This document shows, piece by piece, positions 36,118 to 45,440 of a DNA stretch of 64,000 bases. The position numbers and the translations under genes were made by a program. The stretch is taken from positions 1 to 64,000 of IMG/VR virus record IMGVR_UViG_3300042400_000421; one strand, written 5' to 3'. The first letter of the stretch is position 1. Each line of letters starts with the position of its first letter. The notes under the pieces are model-generated. The model did no database searches. It was not told the DNA's origin and saw nothing but the letters and a program-made list of their open reading frames with translations. This DNA comes from a virus.

Positions 36118-37190
36118 TTTACTTCCTCTAGTATTTCCCATGCTCTTTTGATGTACGGTTGAGATACTTTCTCCCAAGTCATGTTTTCACTTATATACAA
36201 CGCACTATTATATGTGTGTTGTGCAATCTGTTCGTAGTTACTAGTAACATGAATCATTTTGTCACACAAGTCGTCAAAGATTGGCTCTGCCCATAATCCA
36301 CAGTTCTCATACCGACCAAACATTTTCCATGTACTCCAATTAAAATCAAGAGGTACTGACATATCTGCGAACTCAGTGCAGGCTAATGCATTTGTACAAA
36401 TTGTTGGGATACCTTTAGCAATTGATTGAAACGGTATATTCCCCCATCCTTCTCCGCTGGTCGGATAGATGAGACAGTCAGCCATATCATAAATCTCTCC
36501 CAGTTTCTCATGTGAAACTTCATCATCAATAATCTCAATCTGGGGATGGCGAAGAGAATGCATCTCTCTACCTCTAAAGATTCTTCCATCAGGTTCACCA
36601 TTGGATTTATAAATTAAACGGTAGTTATCGTTACCCTCATACAATCTTAAAAAAGCATCAACAGCCATTTGAGAGTTCTTCCGGCTGGAAGGTGAACCCA
36701 TAGACAAGAATGTAAATGTTGAATGTGGTGTTCTTAGCTTGGGAGAATAAATATTGGGGTCAACTCCAAGCTTAAACTCATGAACCGGCCGATGAACACC
36801 CGACTCAATGAATACCTTTTGCATAGCAACACTGCATGTCCAAATCTCATCCATGCTATTGCATAGATCAACCCAATAATTAGGAAGTCTATTTGTCTCC
36901 CAGAATGTAAATCCAACGGAATAACGTTGTGACTTTACAAAACCATCAGGTACGGAATGATTAATGATAATCTCTTGTGTGCAATCATCTTTCTCCATGT
37001 ACCCGATACCAAGACCTTCCAGCATCGCCATATCAGGTGGCATTTGAATCTTTCCAATCTCGGTCCAGTCCGTGGGCTTGCTTCTACGGATTGGCAATCC
37101 GCTTGACCCAATGAAGTCCCATAGGCGGTCGGGCGTGTATCCGTAGCCCTCACTAAATTTTGGTATTTGGTTATCCGACCAAACCAGCAT
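36114..37190 (-). CDS. GT4-like glycosyltransferase
   Basis: EGYG, FWET..LP, RKN, ADCLIYPTSGEGWGNIPFQSIAKGIPTI. Confidence 0.88.
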   Translation of the reverse strand: MLVWSDNQIPKFSEGYGYTPDRLWDFIGSSGLPIRRSKPTDWTEIGKIQMPPDMAMLEGLGIGYMEKDDCTQEIIINHSVPDGFVKSQRYSVGFTFWETNRLPNYWVDLCNSMDEIWTCSVAMQKVFIESGVHRPVHEFKLGVDPNIYSPKLRTPHSTFTFLSMGSPSSRKNSQMAVDAFLRLYEGNDNYRLIYKSNGEPDGRIFRGREMHSLRHPQIEIIDDEVSHEKLGEIYDMADCLIYPTSGEGWGNIPFQSIAKGIPTICTNALACTEFADMSVPLDFNWSTWKMFGRYENCGLWAEPIFDDLCDKMIHVTSNYEQIAQHTYNSALYISENMTWEKVSQPYIKRAWEILEEVK

Positions 37191-40100
37191 GCACTAATCC
37201 TTTCATATCTATATACTTTGCAATTGGAATCATTGCTCTCTCATTTTCAATCTTGTACGAGTCAAGCCGTGTCAAAGTTTTCTTGTCCTCAATTTTAGCA
37301 AGTTTTGCAGCATACCATGAACCCTTTTTGATGATACTTTTTACCTTACCAAATACCCCAGGGAATACAACAATCTTAAAGATCTGTTCCCCATCCCAGC
37401 AATAAAGGTTTGCCATATCCTTACCAGTCTGTGTTGTAAAGAATCTAGTGTGAAAGATATACAACAACGTCTTTTCATCGTCAGCGCCACCCAGTCCCGA
37501 TGGATACAGCCACGCATAGTCATGCTCTTTTGCCTTAGCACGAAGTTTTACAAACTCATGCATCGGTGTATCTATATAATGGTATGCGTCACAAAAAGAG
37601 TGAAGTGTCCGGTCACCAATCAATGCGTACACATAGTCTCTCACGGCCACTTCTGTATCACGCTCTGCAAACACCGTAGCAGAGCCTGACGCATCTTCAA
37701 ACTCAATACGGAGGTATTGTGGTGTTTTCTTAGTAGAACGCACCACAGCCTTTACCATCGTCAATGGAGAGTTAATCTCATGGAAGTTCGCTATGTCTTC
37801 TACGAATTCATCCATCTCGTTCTTCTCCGAATGAATTGTAATTGGAAAACCCAAAATTGGAAGATAGTAACGCTCATGTTCATATTGAGAAGCAAACCCA
37901 ATTGATTTGAATGCGCCTACCTTATCTAAGTTATCTTTAACATTAACTCTAACTGCTCTCTTAGAGCATTTGTTTGTGAATTCATCGTAAGAGTTAAATG
38001 GTCGCTTAGCTTTAATCTCGTCAATTGCTGTACGACCACATGCCTGAACATTGCTTAGTCCAAACCTAATTCCTACTTGCCCATCAACATAACCAACGGT
38101 AAAGTACTCATCTGACTCATTAATATCGGGAGGAAAGATATTCACACCCAATCTCTGCGCTTCCATCAAGTAAGCCGTAATCTTATCCGTTGCATCTTCA
38201 TTGCAAAGCAAAGCCCAAGTGAACTCAAGCGGATAGTTGACTTTGAGCCACATAGTCTGGTAAGACAACATTGAATAAGCAACAGCATGAGACTTGTTAA
38301 ACATGTACAAGGCTGCTAACTCAAAGTCCAGCCAAATCTTTTCCGCTTTCTCTTTTGTAATATATTGGTTATTGACAAACTTTTCTCTGTATTCATCAAA
38401 TCCAGCAGCGTCACGCTTCTTACCAATGATTTTTCTAAGTTTGTCTGCTTCAGCCCAAGTGAAGTCTGCAAGCAACACAGCCATTTGCATTAGTTGCTCT
38501 TGGAAGATGACAGTTCCGTAAGTTTCACGAAGAATATCTTCAACCAAAGGGTGAGGGTAGCGAGGCTTCTTCTCACCTTTCTTGCAGTCAATATAAGTCT
38601 TACCTTGTGACAACAATGCCCCCGGTCTTACTAATGCGTTACTAACTACTAAATCATTGAAGTTATCCACGCCCATTCTTTCAATAAGATTTCGATAAGC
38701 AGCAGCATCGGCTTGGAATACACCTACTGTATTTCCGTCATTAATTGCTGTATATACTTTAGGGTCATTAAGCTCAAGAGATTGTTCTGTTACATCAATA
38801 CCAGTTCTCTCTTTGATCTTAGACAAGCAATCCTTAATCACTGAAACGGTTTTAAGACCTAATACGTCAATCTTAATTAACCCAACCGCTTCGGCATCTT
38901 CCATGTCAAAGGCTGTTACGACTGAACGAATACCAGCATTGACATCTTTTCTAGACTCAACAGGGCAAATTTCAGTTAAAGGAATAGATGAAACGACCAT
39001 TCCGGCAGCATGAATGCCTGCATTACGAATACGACCTTCAAGTTTCTTTGACAACTCTGCAACATCAGGATACTTCTTACAAAAGATCTTACCCTTATCA
39101 GATGTTTCTAATTCTTCAATTGTCTCAAAGTATGGAGTAATTGCATTAATCTCTTGAAATGGAACTTGGAAAACTCTAGACACATCCTTAACAGCAGACT
39201 TAGGCTTATATGTTCCATAAGTAGTAATTGCTGCTACTTTGTCATGACCCCATCTATCACGAAGATAATTTCTTACTTCATGTCTGCGCTTATCTTCAAA
39301 GTCCAAGTCAATGTCGGGGTAGTCATTACGCTCAGGGTTAATAAATCGTGCAAACAACAGATTATATTTGATTGGATCTACTTTAGAAATATCAAGAAGA
39401 TAGGCCATAAGGCTTCCTCCAACTGAGCCACGACCAGTGCCACGACCAATATTATTTGCGTCTGCCCATTTAACAAGATCCCAAACAATTAAGAAGTAGT
39501 CAGAGAAACCAAGTTGTTTAATAATTCCCAACTCTTCTTCAAGACGAACTTTGTATTCTTCTCCTAGATTGCGATTAGATAATTCAAATTCTGTAAGTTC
39601 ACGAATGTAATCATCAGAATTAAATAACTTTGAATATTTAGGAAGAAGATTCTTTCTCTTCTCAATCTTTGCAGTGCATTTCTCTGCAACTTCAATAGTA
39701 TTTTCAAGATATGAGATATCAGAGTACCCAGCATCTTGAAACCAATTATAAACGGTATCGGCATCTGCCATGTAAGGATTGATATCGTCAAACCGGAGGC
39801 TTCTCTGCGGATACATTTTATTAATCTTGTCTACGATAGAAGAGTCGGGGTCGTTAAGAACCGGCATATTTTCTTTTGCGTAGCGCTCTTCTCCTGCACT
39901 TAGGCTTGGATACTGGGAAACCATCAACAATACTTCTTCACAACCCTTTTCATCATGTGTAGGAAAGTGACAGTCAGCAGTTGCAACAACTTTCTTATCA
40001 AAGGCTTTTGACAAGTCAATAAGCCCATCATTTATAGACTTTGGATTCCATGCTTGAATCTCAAAATAGAAATCGTCTTTGAATATCTTTACAAATCGTT

Positions 40101-40575
40101 CGGACAATTGTTCAGCTCTTGAATAGTTGCCTGACTCAATAGCCTTTGCAATAGAGCTACCACGACAGCCTGATAATGCAATGATATCGTCATCAACTAA
40201 ATCTTCTAGTAGCTCAAAGTCCATTCTTGGTTTATAGTAGAAGTTGTCAACCCAGCCAGTTCTTGATGCTTTGAATAACTTATTCAACCCCTCGTTGTTT
40301 TTTGCAAGAAGAATTAAATGGAATCGCTCATGTTTCCCATCACCATCACCTTTAATCTCTGGAACAAAGTATGCTTCAATACCGAAGATTGGCTTAACGC
40401 CTTCTTTAACGCATGCATCTTGAAACTTCAAGACACCGCCCATTGTTCCGTGGTCAGTGATAGCAGAAGCGTACTGACCGTTCCGGCTAGATGTTTTAGC
40501 CATTTCCTGAGGCGTAGACATTCCATCAAGGAGTGAATACTCCGAATGGCAATGCAGGTGAACAAAATCAGTCAT
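37171..40575 (-). CDS. dnaE: DNA polymerase III alpha subunit
   Basis: PHP HLHCHSEYSLLDG/ITDHG, GRGS, PDIDLDF, HAAG, KIDVLGL, FNKSH; no intein. Confidence 0.97.
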   Translation of the reverse strand: MTDFVHLHCHSEYSLLDGMSTPQEMAKTSSRNGQYASAITDHGTMGGVLKFQDACVKEGVKPIFGIEAYFVPEIKGDGDGKHERFHLILLAKNNEGLNKLFKASRTGWVDNFYYKPRMDFELLEDLVDDDIIALSGCRGSSIAKAIESGNYSRAEQLSERFVKIFKDDFYFEIQAWNPKSINDGLIDLSKAFDKKVVATADCHFPTHDEKGCEEVLLMVSQYPSLSAGEERYAKENMPVLNDPDSSIVDKINKMYPQRSLRFDDINPYMADADTVYNWFQDAGYSDISYLENTIEVAEKCTAKIEKRKNLLPKYSKLFNSDDYIRELTEFELSNRNLGEEYKVRLEEELGIIKQLGFSDYFLIVWDLVKWADANNIGRGTGRGSVGGSLMAYLLDISKVDPIKYNLLFARFINPERNDYPDIDLDFEDKRRHEVRNYLRDRWGHDKVAAITTYGTYKPKSAVKDVSRVFQVPFQEINAITPYFETIEELETSDKGKIFCKKYPDVAELSKKLEGRIRNAGIHAAGMVVSSIPLTEICPVESRKDVNAGIRSVVTAFDMEDAEAVGLIKIDVLGLKTVSVIKDCLSKIKERTGIDVTEQSLELNDPKVYTAINDGNTVGVFQADAAAYRNLIERMGVDNFNDLVVSNALVRPGALLSQGKTYIDCKKGEKKPRYPHPLVEDILRETYGTVIFQEQLMQMAVLLADFTWAEADKLRKIIGKKRDAAGFDEYREKFVNNQYITKEKAEKIWLDFELAALYMFNKSHAVAYSMLSYQTMWLKVNYPLEFTWALLCNEDATDKITAYLMEAQRLGVNIFPPDINESDEYFTVGYVDGQVGIRFGLSNVQACGRTAIDEIKAKRPFNSYDEFTNKCSKRAVRVNVKDNLDKVGAFKSIGFASQYEHERYYLPILGFPITIHSEKNEMDEFVEDIANFHEINSPLTMVKAVVRSTKKTPQYLRIEFEDASGSATVFAERDTEVAVRDYVYALIGDRTLHSFCDAYHYIDTPMHEFVKLRAKAKEHDYAWLYPSGLGGADDEKTLLYIFHTRFFTTQTGKDMANLYCWDGEQIFKIVVFPGVFGKVKSIIKKGSWYAAKLAKIEDKKTLTRLDSYKIENERAMIPIAKYIDMKGLVHAGLVG

Positions 40576-41095
40576 TGATTTCCAATTCTAAAAGACTACC
40601 AATTGTAGGTAGTTGATTCCAATATTTTTTATTGTACCATGCTCGTCTGAGGAAAGCGTTGTGCCCCTCCTCAAGAAGTGTGATTACTTCGTTTGGATTA
40701 TCTTCTACAATGAATTCAGCGTTAAGATCATTAATAACATTATGCTTTTCACCCATATTACAAAAAATTGGTGTCATTGTTGATATTTGCCATTCATCAA
40801 GCCATTGCTGAGTCACACTCATTGATGCATCACTTCTTCTTGCAGTTACAATGTATACATCGTTGCCTTTGGCAAACCATTTATTAACTTGATACCAAGC
40901 ATCCTCAAAAGGTTTTAAATTTTTCCAAAATAATAAGTCTTCCATTATTTCATTTGATAAGTCACACTCATGATATGTTGTTAACCAGTCTGTGTAATCA
41001 TAATCAAAATGCCCTCTTATTTCAAGAGCTACGGTTAATGATTCGCCAATATTAGCGATTACACCGTCAAGATCTAAAGCAATTGTTTTTCCCAT
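40568..41095 (-). CDS. HAD-family 5'(3')-deoxyribonucleotidase-like protein
   Basis: DLDGV, IVTAR, K, VEDNP, WYN. Confidence 0.8.
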   Translation of the reverse strand: MGKTIALDLDGVIANIGESLTVALEIRGHFDYDYTDWLTTYHECDLSNEIMEDLLFWKNLKPFEDAWYQVNKWFAKGNDVYIVTARRSDASMSVTQQWLDEWQISTMTPIFCNMGEKHNVINDLNAEFIVEDNPNEVITLLEEGHNAFLRRAWYNKKYWNQLPTIGSLLELEIND

Positions 41096-41106
41096 ATAAA
41101 TAGCAA

Positions 41107-41130
41107 GCAGGGGAGATTTCTCCCCCCTGC
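41107..41130 (-). terminator. stem-loop after ssb
   Basis: GCAGGGG/CCCCTGC hairpin in intergenic gap. Confidence 0.55.
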
Positions 41131-41151
41131 GCCATTACCTCTCTATTAGAG

Positions 41152-41799
41152 TTACCACTCGTCTTTTGAAATTTCGCCAGTTGTAAAGAATCGCTCTTGC
41201 TTGTCATATGACAATGTTAAATAAACATTGTCAAGATCATGCATTGGCAGTTCTGCTACATCCTTTGGCATTTCTGAAACACTCAATGGAATAAGGCTAT
41301 AGTTTGTGTCTGACGCACCTGAACCTTGACGAGAATACTTGTACTCTCTATCAGTAATGCTACCGAATTCCTTTGCATACTCAATAAGAATTGAACCAAT
41401 ATGACGCTGATTGAATGTTGTATCAATAATTCGTGGTTCCCAAACTCCCGGCTCTACCTCAACTGCAACATTAATTACTAAGTGAGTCTTTGGCTTCCAT
41501 GCCTTATCTTTATGAGTTTGTTCCGAACCCCAACAACGGAACCCAAACTTTTCAAGTCCGGCGGTAGAGGCTGCTCGCCACTTCCAGTTGATTGGTGATG
41601 TAATAACTGGAACCATTACTCCAGTCCCAAACTTTTCATCAAAGTTTTTTGCATCTTCTGTCAACTCTTGACGGAAGCGCACCTTGATTGATTCTCCTGC
41701 TTGGATTGTTAGGTACTTCTTAGTACCAGTTTTATTTGCACCCTGTGCAGGTGCAACTGCTTTTTCTAGCTCTGATAGTGTTTTTACTGTTTTAAACAT
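41152..41799 (-). CDS. single-stranded DNA-binding protein (gp32-like)
   Basis: GESIKVRF, GSITDREYKYSRQGSG..DTNYSL, acidic DEW tail; next to primase. Confidence 0.7.
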   Translation of the reverse strand: MFKTVKTLSELEKAVAPAQGANKTGTKKYLTIQAGESIKVRFRQELTEDAKNFDEKFGTGVMVPVITSPINWKWRAASTAGLEKFGFRCWGSEQTHKDKAWKPKTHLVINVAVEVEPGVWEPRIIDTTFNQRHIGSILIEYAKEFGSITDREYKYSRQGSGASDTNYSLIPLSVSEMPKDVAELPMHDLDNVYLTLSYDKQERFFTTGEISKDEW

Positions 41800-41810
41800 A
41801 TTTATATCTC

Positions 41811-42755
41811 CTATATATGTGATTGTTTGTTTGTTAATGTGTTTATTATTTCTTCCTGTGTCATCTCTCCTGCGTCTTTTTTGTCCGCAGGCAATTGCAC
41901 AGTGTAGAGGTCTTTACCGCTACAAGCAAATAGTATATCACGCTTCATGTACTCTCCTGCCTCATCATTGTCTGAAAATACAATTATTGAATCAAAATAT
42001 TTTTTCAATAACTTGAACTGAAAATCAGAAATCTTTGAGCCAAGTGTAGCAACAACATTGGGGAAACCAGCCTGATGAATGAACATTGCATCAATACTTC
42101 CTTCCACAACTATGCATGAATTATACTGTTTAGCATTTTGAATGTTAAATAAAACATTGGCTCTCTTAAAGCCTTTGTTGTACAAGTATCTTGGTTCTTG
42201 CTCGCTCTTTATAGCACGACCAATAAAACCAACAGCCTTATACTGTGCATCCCTAACAGGGATTACAACTCTCTCTTTTGCTGCCGAATATCCAACTTCA
42301 AAATGTTCTAATATATCATACTCCAAGCCTCTCTCATAGAGAGTTAAGAGTTTTTGTAAATCTTCATCATTGGTATAGTCAATTTCAACATCAGATATAT
42401 TGAGTTGTTCTTCCTCAGCCTCTTCATAATTAAGTTCTCTATCAATATGATTCTGAAGAGCAACATGATCTAGCTTGATATCTTTACCAAAAGGTTTCCC
42501 AGTAACTTGTTTATACAAGTGCCTGAAGTTACCTTTTTTACCGCAAGATGGATTAAAGCATTGCCATAAACCAGTCTTGATGTTGATATAAAACGCTGGA
42601 CTATGCAGATTTTTATGGAAAGGACAGAAGATATTTACTTCACTCATGCCCTCACTTTGGACATGAATGTTGTAGTCATTAAATAAATCTCTAATGTTCT
42701 TTTCGAGATTACTTGATGAAATGTAACTGGAATTTGAAAATGTTTGATTTCGCAT
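41811..42755 (-). CDS. dnaG: DNA primase
   Basis: CPFH...CFNPSC zinc finger; TOPRIM VVEGSIDA, DNDEAG, KDAG. Confidence 0.92.
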   Translation of the reverse strand: MRNQTFSNSSYISSSNLEKNIRDLFNDYNIHVQSEGMSEVNIFCPFHKNLHSPAFYINIKTGLWQCFNPSCGKKGNFRHLYKQVTGKPFGKDIKLDHVALQNHIDRELNYEEAEEEQLNISDVEIDYTNDEDLQKLLTLYERGLEYDILEHFEVGYSAAKERVVIPVRDAQYKAVGFIGRAIKSEQEPRYLYNKGFKRANVLFNIQNAKQYNSCIVVEGSIDAMFIHQAGFPNVVATLGSKISDFQFKLLKKYFDSIIVFSDNDEAGEYMKRDILFACSGKDLYTVQLPADKKDAGEMTQEEIINTLTNKQSHI

Positions 42756-42897
42756 TATAATCTGTTACCAATTTTGTTTTAATAAAGCTTCCATGAACGG
42801 CTCTCCATTCATCTTCTATCCAAGGTCTTAACCTTACAATAGTCTCAATATCTTGAGCCTCTCCATTAATGTATCTTTTGGGCATTATAGCTCCCAT
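42709..42897 (-). CDS. hypothetical protein
   Basis: Small ORF between helicase and primase. Confidence 0.6.
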   Translation of the reverse strand: MGAIMPKRYINGEAQDIETIVRLRPWIEDEWRAVHGSFIKTKLVTDYNAKSNIFKFQLHFIK

Positions 42898-44102
42898 TCT
42901 TCATTCCACTTTCCTGTTTCAAGGTTCCATCTAAGATAGAAACCAAATTGTGTTGATCTTCTTACTTTTCGTGATACAACCTGAAAAACATCAGAGTTAT
43001 ATTCACGATGAATTGCTAATACTAAGTCGGCATCATAGGCCAACTGCTTACTCCATGCTACTTCTTCAAGTTCAGGTGGTCGCTCTGAGTGACCCTCATT
43101 CATTGTTACAGCAGCAACATCGATAATGGGGATACCATTCTTAACAGCCATACGCTTGAATGCTTTAGAAAGGTTCTTTGCCTTTTCTGTTTCATTCTTT
43201 GCGCCAGTCGCATCATCAAATAGGCCGTGATAGTCAAGAATAACCATGTCCGGATGATACTGGTCAATCTTTGCTTGAACCATATTTTGGTCAGCAGATT
43301 CTAACCCCTCTGATGTCACCAAATAGATTGGATGCTTACCCTCAAATGTATTCTCAGCCCATACTGCATAGTCATCCACAATGCTTCTGTTGGCTTTTAC
43401 AAGGTCTGTATTGGTAAAGTGCCCCTCGCCGTTATTTAAAAGCGTGTCCAGTCTCTGACCTTCCTGTTGTTTATTCATTTCTAATGAAATAATCAAAGGT
43501 CGGTATCCTGCCCGCCATGCATTTACTGCAAATAAACGAGCAATAAAACTTTTACCAACGCCAGTCCAACCAAGAAGAACAACAAAGTCTCCCGGTTGCC
43601 AACCGCCGAAAGACTTATCAAGAACTTTAATTCCACTAGGTATTCCAGGAATATCTCTTGACTCTTCTAGTGATCTTCTTTTTAAATCGCTAGCTCTATC
43701 TTTCCACTCACTTACAAGGTCAGTATCCTTAAGACTACTGGAGAACTTATATAATTGAGATGTTGATTGCATGAGATATGCCATAGCCTCTTTAGGGCCC
43801 ATATCCTTAAGCATATTATTGGCTTTAGAAATAATCTGCCGTGTTTGATACGACAAAGATTCTTTCTTTGCTTCTATTAAGTAATAACTTAATGGTTCAG
43901 GAGTATTGATAAACTCAAAGTCTGGATAGTGGTGTTTTACCGTATCCTTTGAAGGAGTCTTTTTATGCTCGTCATAATGTTGCACTACGAAGTTCCAAAT
44001 GTCACGATGTTCAACAAAGACATTTTCAATGCCCTCATTAACCGCCTCAACATAGTTACCCGAATTAAGTAAAGAGTTAATAACTCTTATTTCATAATTC
44101 AT
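42885..44102 (-). CDS. dnaB: DnaB-like replicative helicase
   Basis: GWTGVGKS, SLEM, ILDY, LAYDAD. Confidence 0.92.
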   Translation of the reverse strand: MNYEIRVINSLLNSGNYVEAVNEGIENVFVEHRDIWNFVVQHYDEHKKTPSKDTVKHHYPDFEFINTPEPLSYYLIEAKKESLSYQTRQIISKANNMLKDMGPKEAMAYLMQSTSQLYKFSSSLKDTDLVSEWKDRASDLKRRSLEESRDIPGIPSGIKVLDKSFGGWQPGDFVVLLGWTGVGKSFIARLFAVNAWRAGYRPLIISLEMNKQQEGQRLDTLLNNGEGHFTNTDLVKANRSIVDDYAVWAENTFEGKHPIYLVTSEGLESADQNMVQAKIDQYHPDMVILDYHGLFDDATGAKNETEKAKNLSKAFKRMAVKNGIPIIDVAAVTMNEGHSERPPELEEVAWSKQLAYDADLVLAIHREYNSDVFQVVSRKVRRSTQFGFYLRWNLETGKWNEEWEL

Positions 44103-44400
44103 TTTCCATTCGCTTTCTTGTTTCTTCTAATATTTCTTGGAATCTGTTATCAGACTTGTTGTTGAACTGCACTCTGTCTATATGTGTTTTAGATTCAATT
44201 GCAAAATCAAATACTAAAACCGGCCCTGTCTTCCCTTTGACAAAAGATTCAATAGCTTTAAACAATAGTTCTGATTCATAAAACTCAGATATTGCTTTGG
44301 CTACTGGCTCTTGTCTAGGGGAGTCAGGAATAAATAGCTTAGAGTGCTTTTTGCAACAATCCTGAAAGAATAGAATCGTCTGCTCTCCAGTTGCTTTCAT
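44092..44400 (-). CDS. hypothetical protein (possible helicase partner)
   Basis: 102 aa overlapping the dnaB start. Confidence 0.65.
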   Translation of the reverse strand: MKATGEQTILFFQDCCKKHSKLFIPDSPRQEPVAKAISEFYESELLFKAIESFVKGKTGPVLVFDFAIESKTHIDRVQFNNKSDNRFQEILEETRKRMENEL

Positions 44401-44635
44401 TTTCCCTCGTTGCTTCTTGCCAAGTGTGGACTAGGTAATCATACTCGGAGATACCGGCAATTACCCCAACAAAAGAGGTATTTTTTAAAGCAGTAATTAG
44501 ACATTCTTTTTTGACAGTACATCTTGAGCAGCCTTCTTTTGCATACTCAACTTCTTTAATGTCATAAGATAACCAACTACTTGCTTTGGCATCACCTGTG
44601 CAGATTGCTTTAGATCTCCAATTACTTTGCATCAT
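44339..44635 (-). CDS. whiB: WhiB-like protein (divergent)
   Basis: WRSKAIC...AKEGCSRCTVKKECL; GVIAG in place of GVWGG. Confidence 0.8.
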   Translation of the reverse strand: MMQSNWRSKAICTGDAKASSWLSYDIKEVEYAKEGCSRCTVKKECLITALKNTSFVGVIAGISEYDYLVHTWQEATRENESNWRADDSILSGLLQKAL

Positions 44636-44819
44636 CTAATTCTTGAAGCTTTGCCTCAATTTGCATATCAATGGAATCCCATAACTTCTTCCACGAAGCC
44701 TCATCATCCAACGATGGTGCCATTGTTTTAGCACCTGCGTCAAGACGAAGTGACTCGTAGTTTCCAAGGTTCTTGGTGATTCCAAGGGATGCCCATATTT
44801 CTACTTTTTCTTCACTCAT
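44622..44819 (-). CDS. hypothetical phage protein
   Basis: LGITKNLGNYESLRLDAG motif. Confidence 0.75.
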   Translation of the reverse strand: MSEEKVEIWASLGITKNLGNYESLRLDAGAKTMAPSLDDEASWKKLWDSIDMQIEAKLQELDDAK

Positions 44820-45250
44820 AACTTTAACTTTACCTTTTCCTGTATTGTTTTAATTTTGGCATTGATGCCAATATTTTTTTCTTGTGTTGGTCTACCGGGT
44901 GTTCTATCATTAAAGAATTCAATCATTTCATAAACATCTGATTCTTCATAATAGCGCCAATTCTGGTAGCTCTTATACTTTTCACCAAATTTACTTGGCT
45001 CTGGTATTAGATTCTTTTTTTCATATTTTCTAATTGTGTCAGTTCTACGCTCAACAATTTTAGCAACTTCTCCAACAGTATATAGCCTGATTAGGAGAAG
45101 TTCTGACTGCTGATACGGAATTAAAATGTTTTCTCCATTATCAAGTCTTTCAGCATAAATTTTATTGCTATTTTTATTTACTTTCTTTAACTTAACGATA
45201 GTATCAGAATAGCGATAAAACTTATTTAGGACTGGTTTTTTTGTAATCAT
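44816..45250 (-). CDS. MerR-like HTH DNA-binding protein
   Basis: YTVGEVAKIVERRTDTIRKYEKKNLIP...WRYY. Confidence 0.8.
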   Translation of the reverse strand: MITKKPVLNKFYRYSDTIVKLKKVNKNSNKIYAERLDNGENILIPYQQSELLLIRLYTVGEVAKIVERRTDTIRKYEKKNLIPEPSKFGEKYKSYQNWRYYEESDVYEMIEFFNDRTPGRPTQEKNIGINAKIKTIQEKVKLKL

Positions 45251-45434
45251 TCCTTGCCCTCTTTCCTTGCTTTAGTTTCTCTAAAAATAATTCTAGTTTT
45301 GCAACTTCTATATCCTTAGTATCACCACACACAACGCATGTAACATCTACATAATAAGTTCCATTGGCATAGTAATCTGCACCAATAAACTTTTGCTGTC
45401 CACATTTAGAACATTGCAATCTTATGTTTCTCAT
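45222..45434 (-). CDS. zinc-ribbon protein
   Basis: CSKCG...CVVCG. Confidence 0.7.
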   Translation of the reverse strand: MRNIRLQCSKCGQQKFIGADYYANGTYYVDVTCVVCGDTKDIEVAKLELFLEKLKQGKRARNDYKKTSPK

Positions 45435-45440
45435 AGAATT

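Noticed and set aside
23155-44102. Inteins or introns in TerL, RecA, DnaE, DnaB
   Set aside because: Normal lengths, contiguous motifs, no splice-junction or LAGLIDADG signatures
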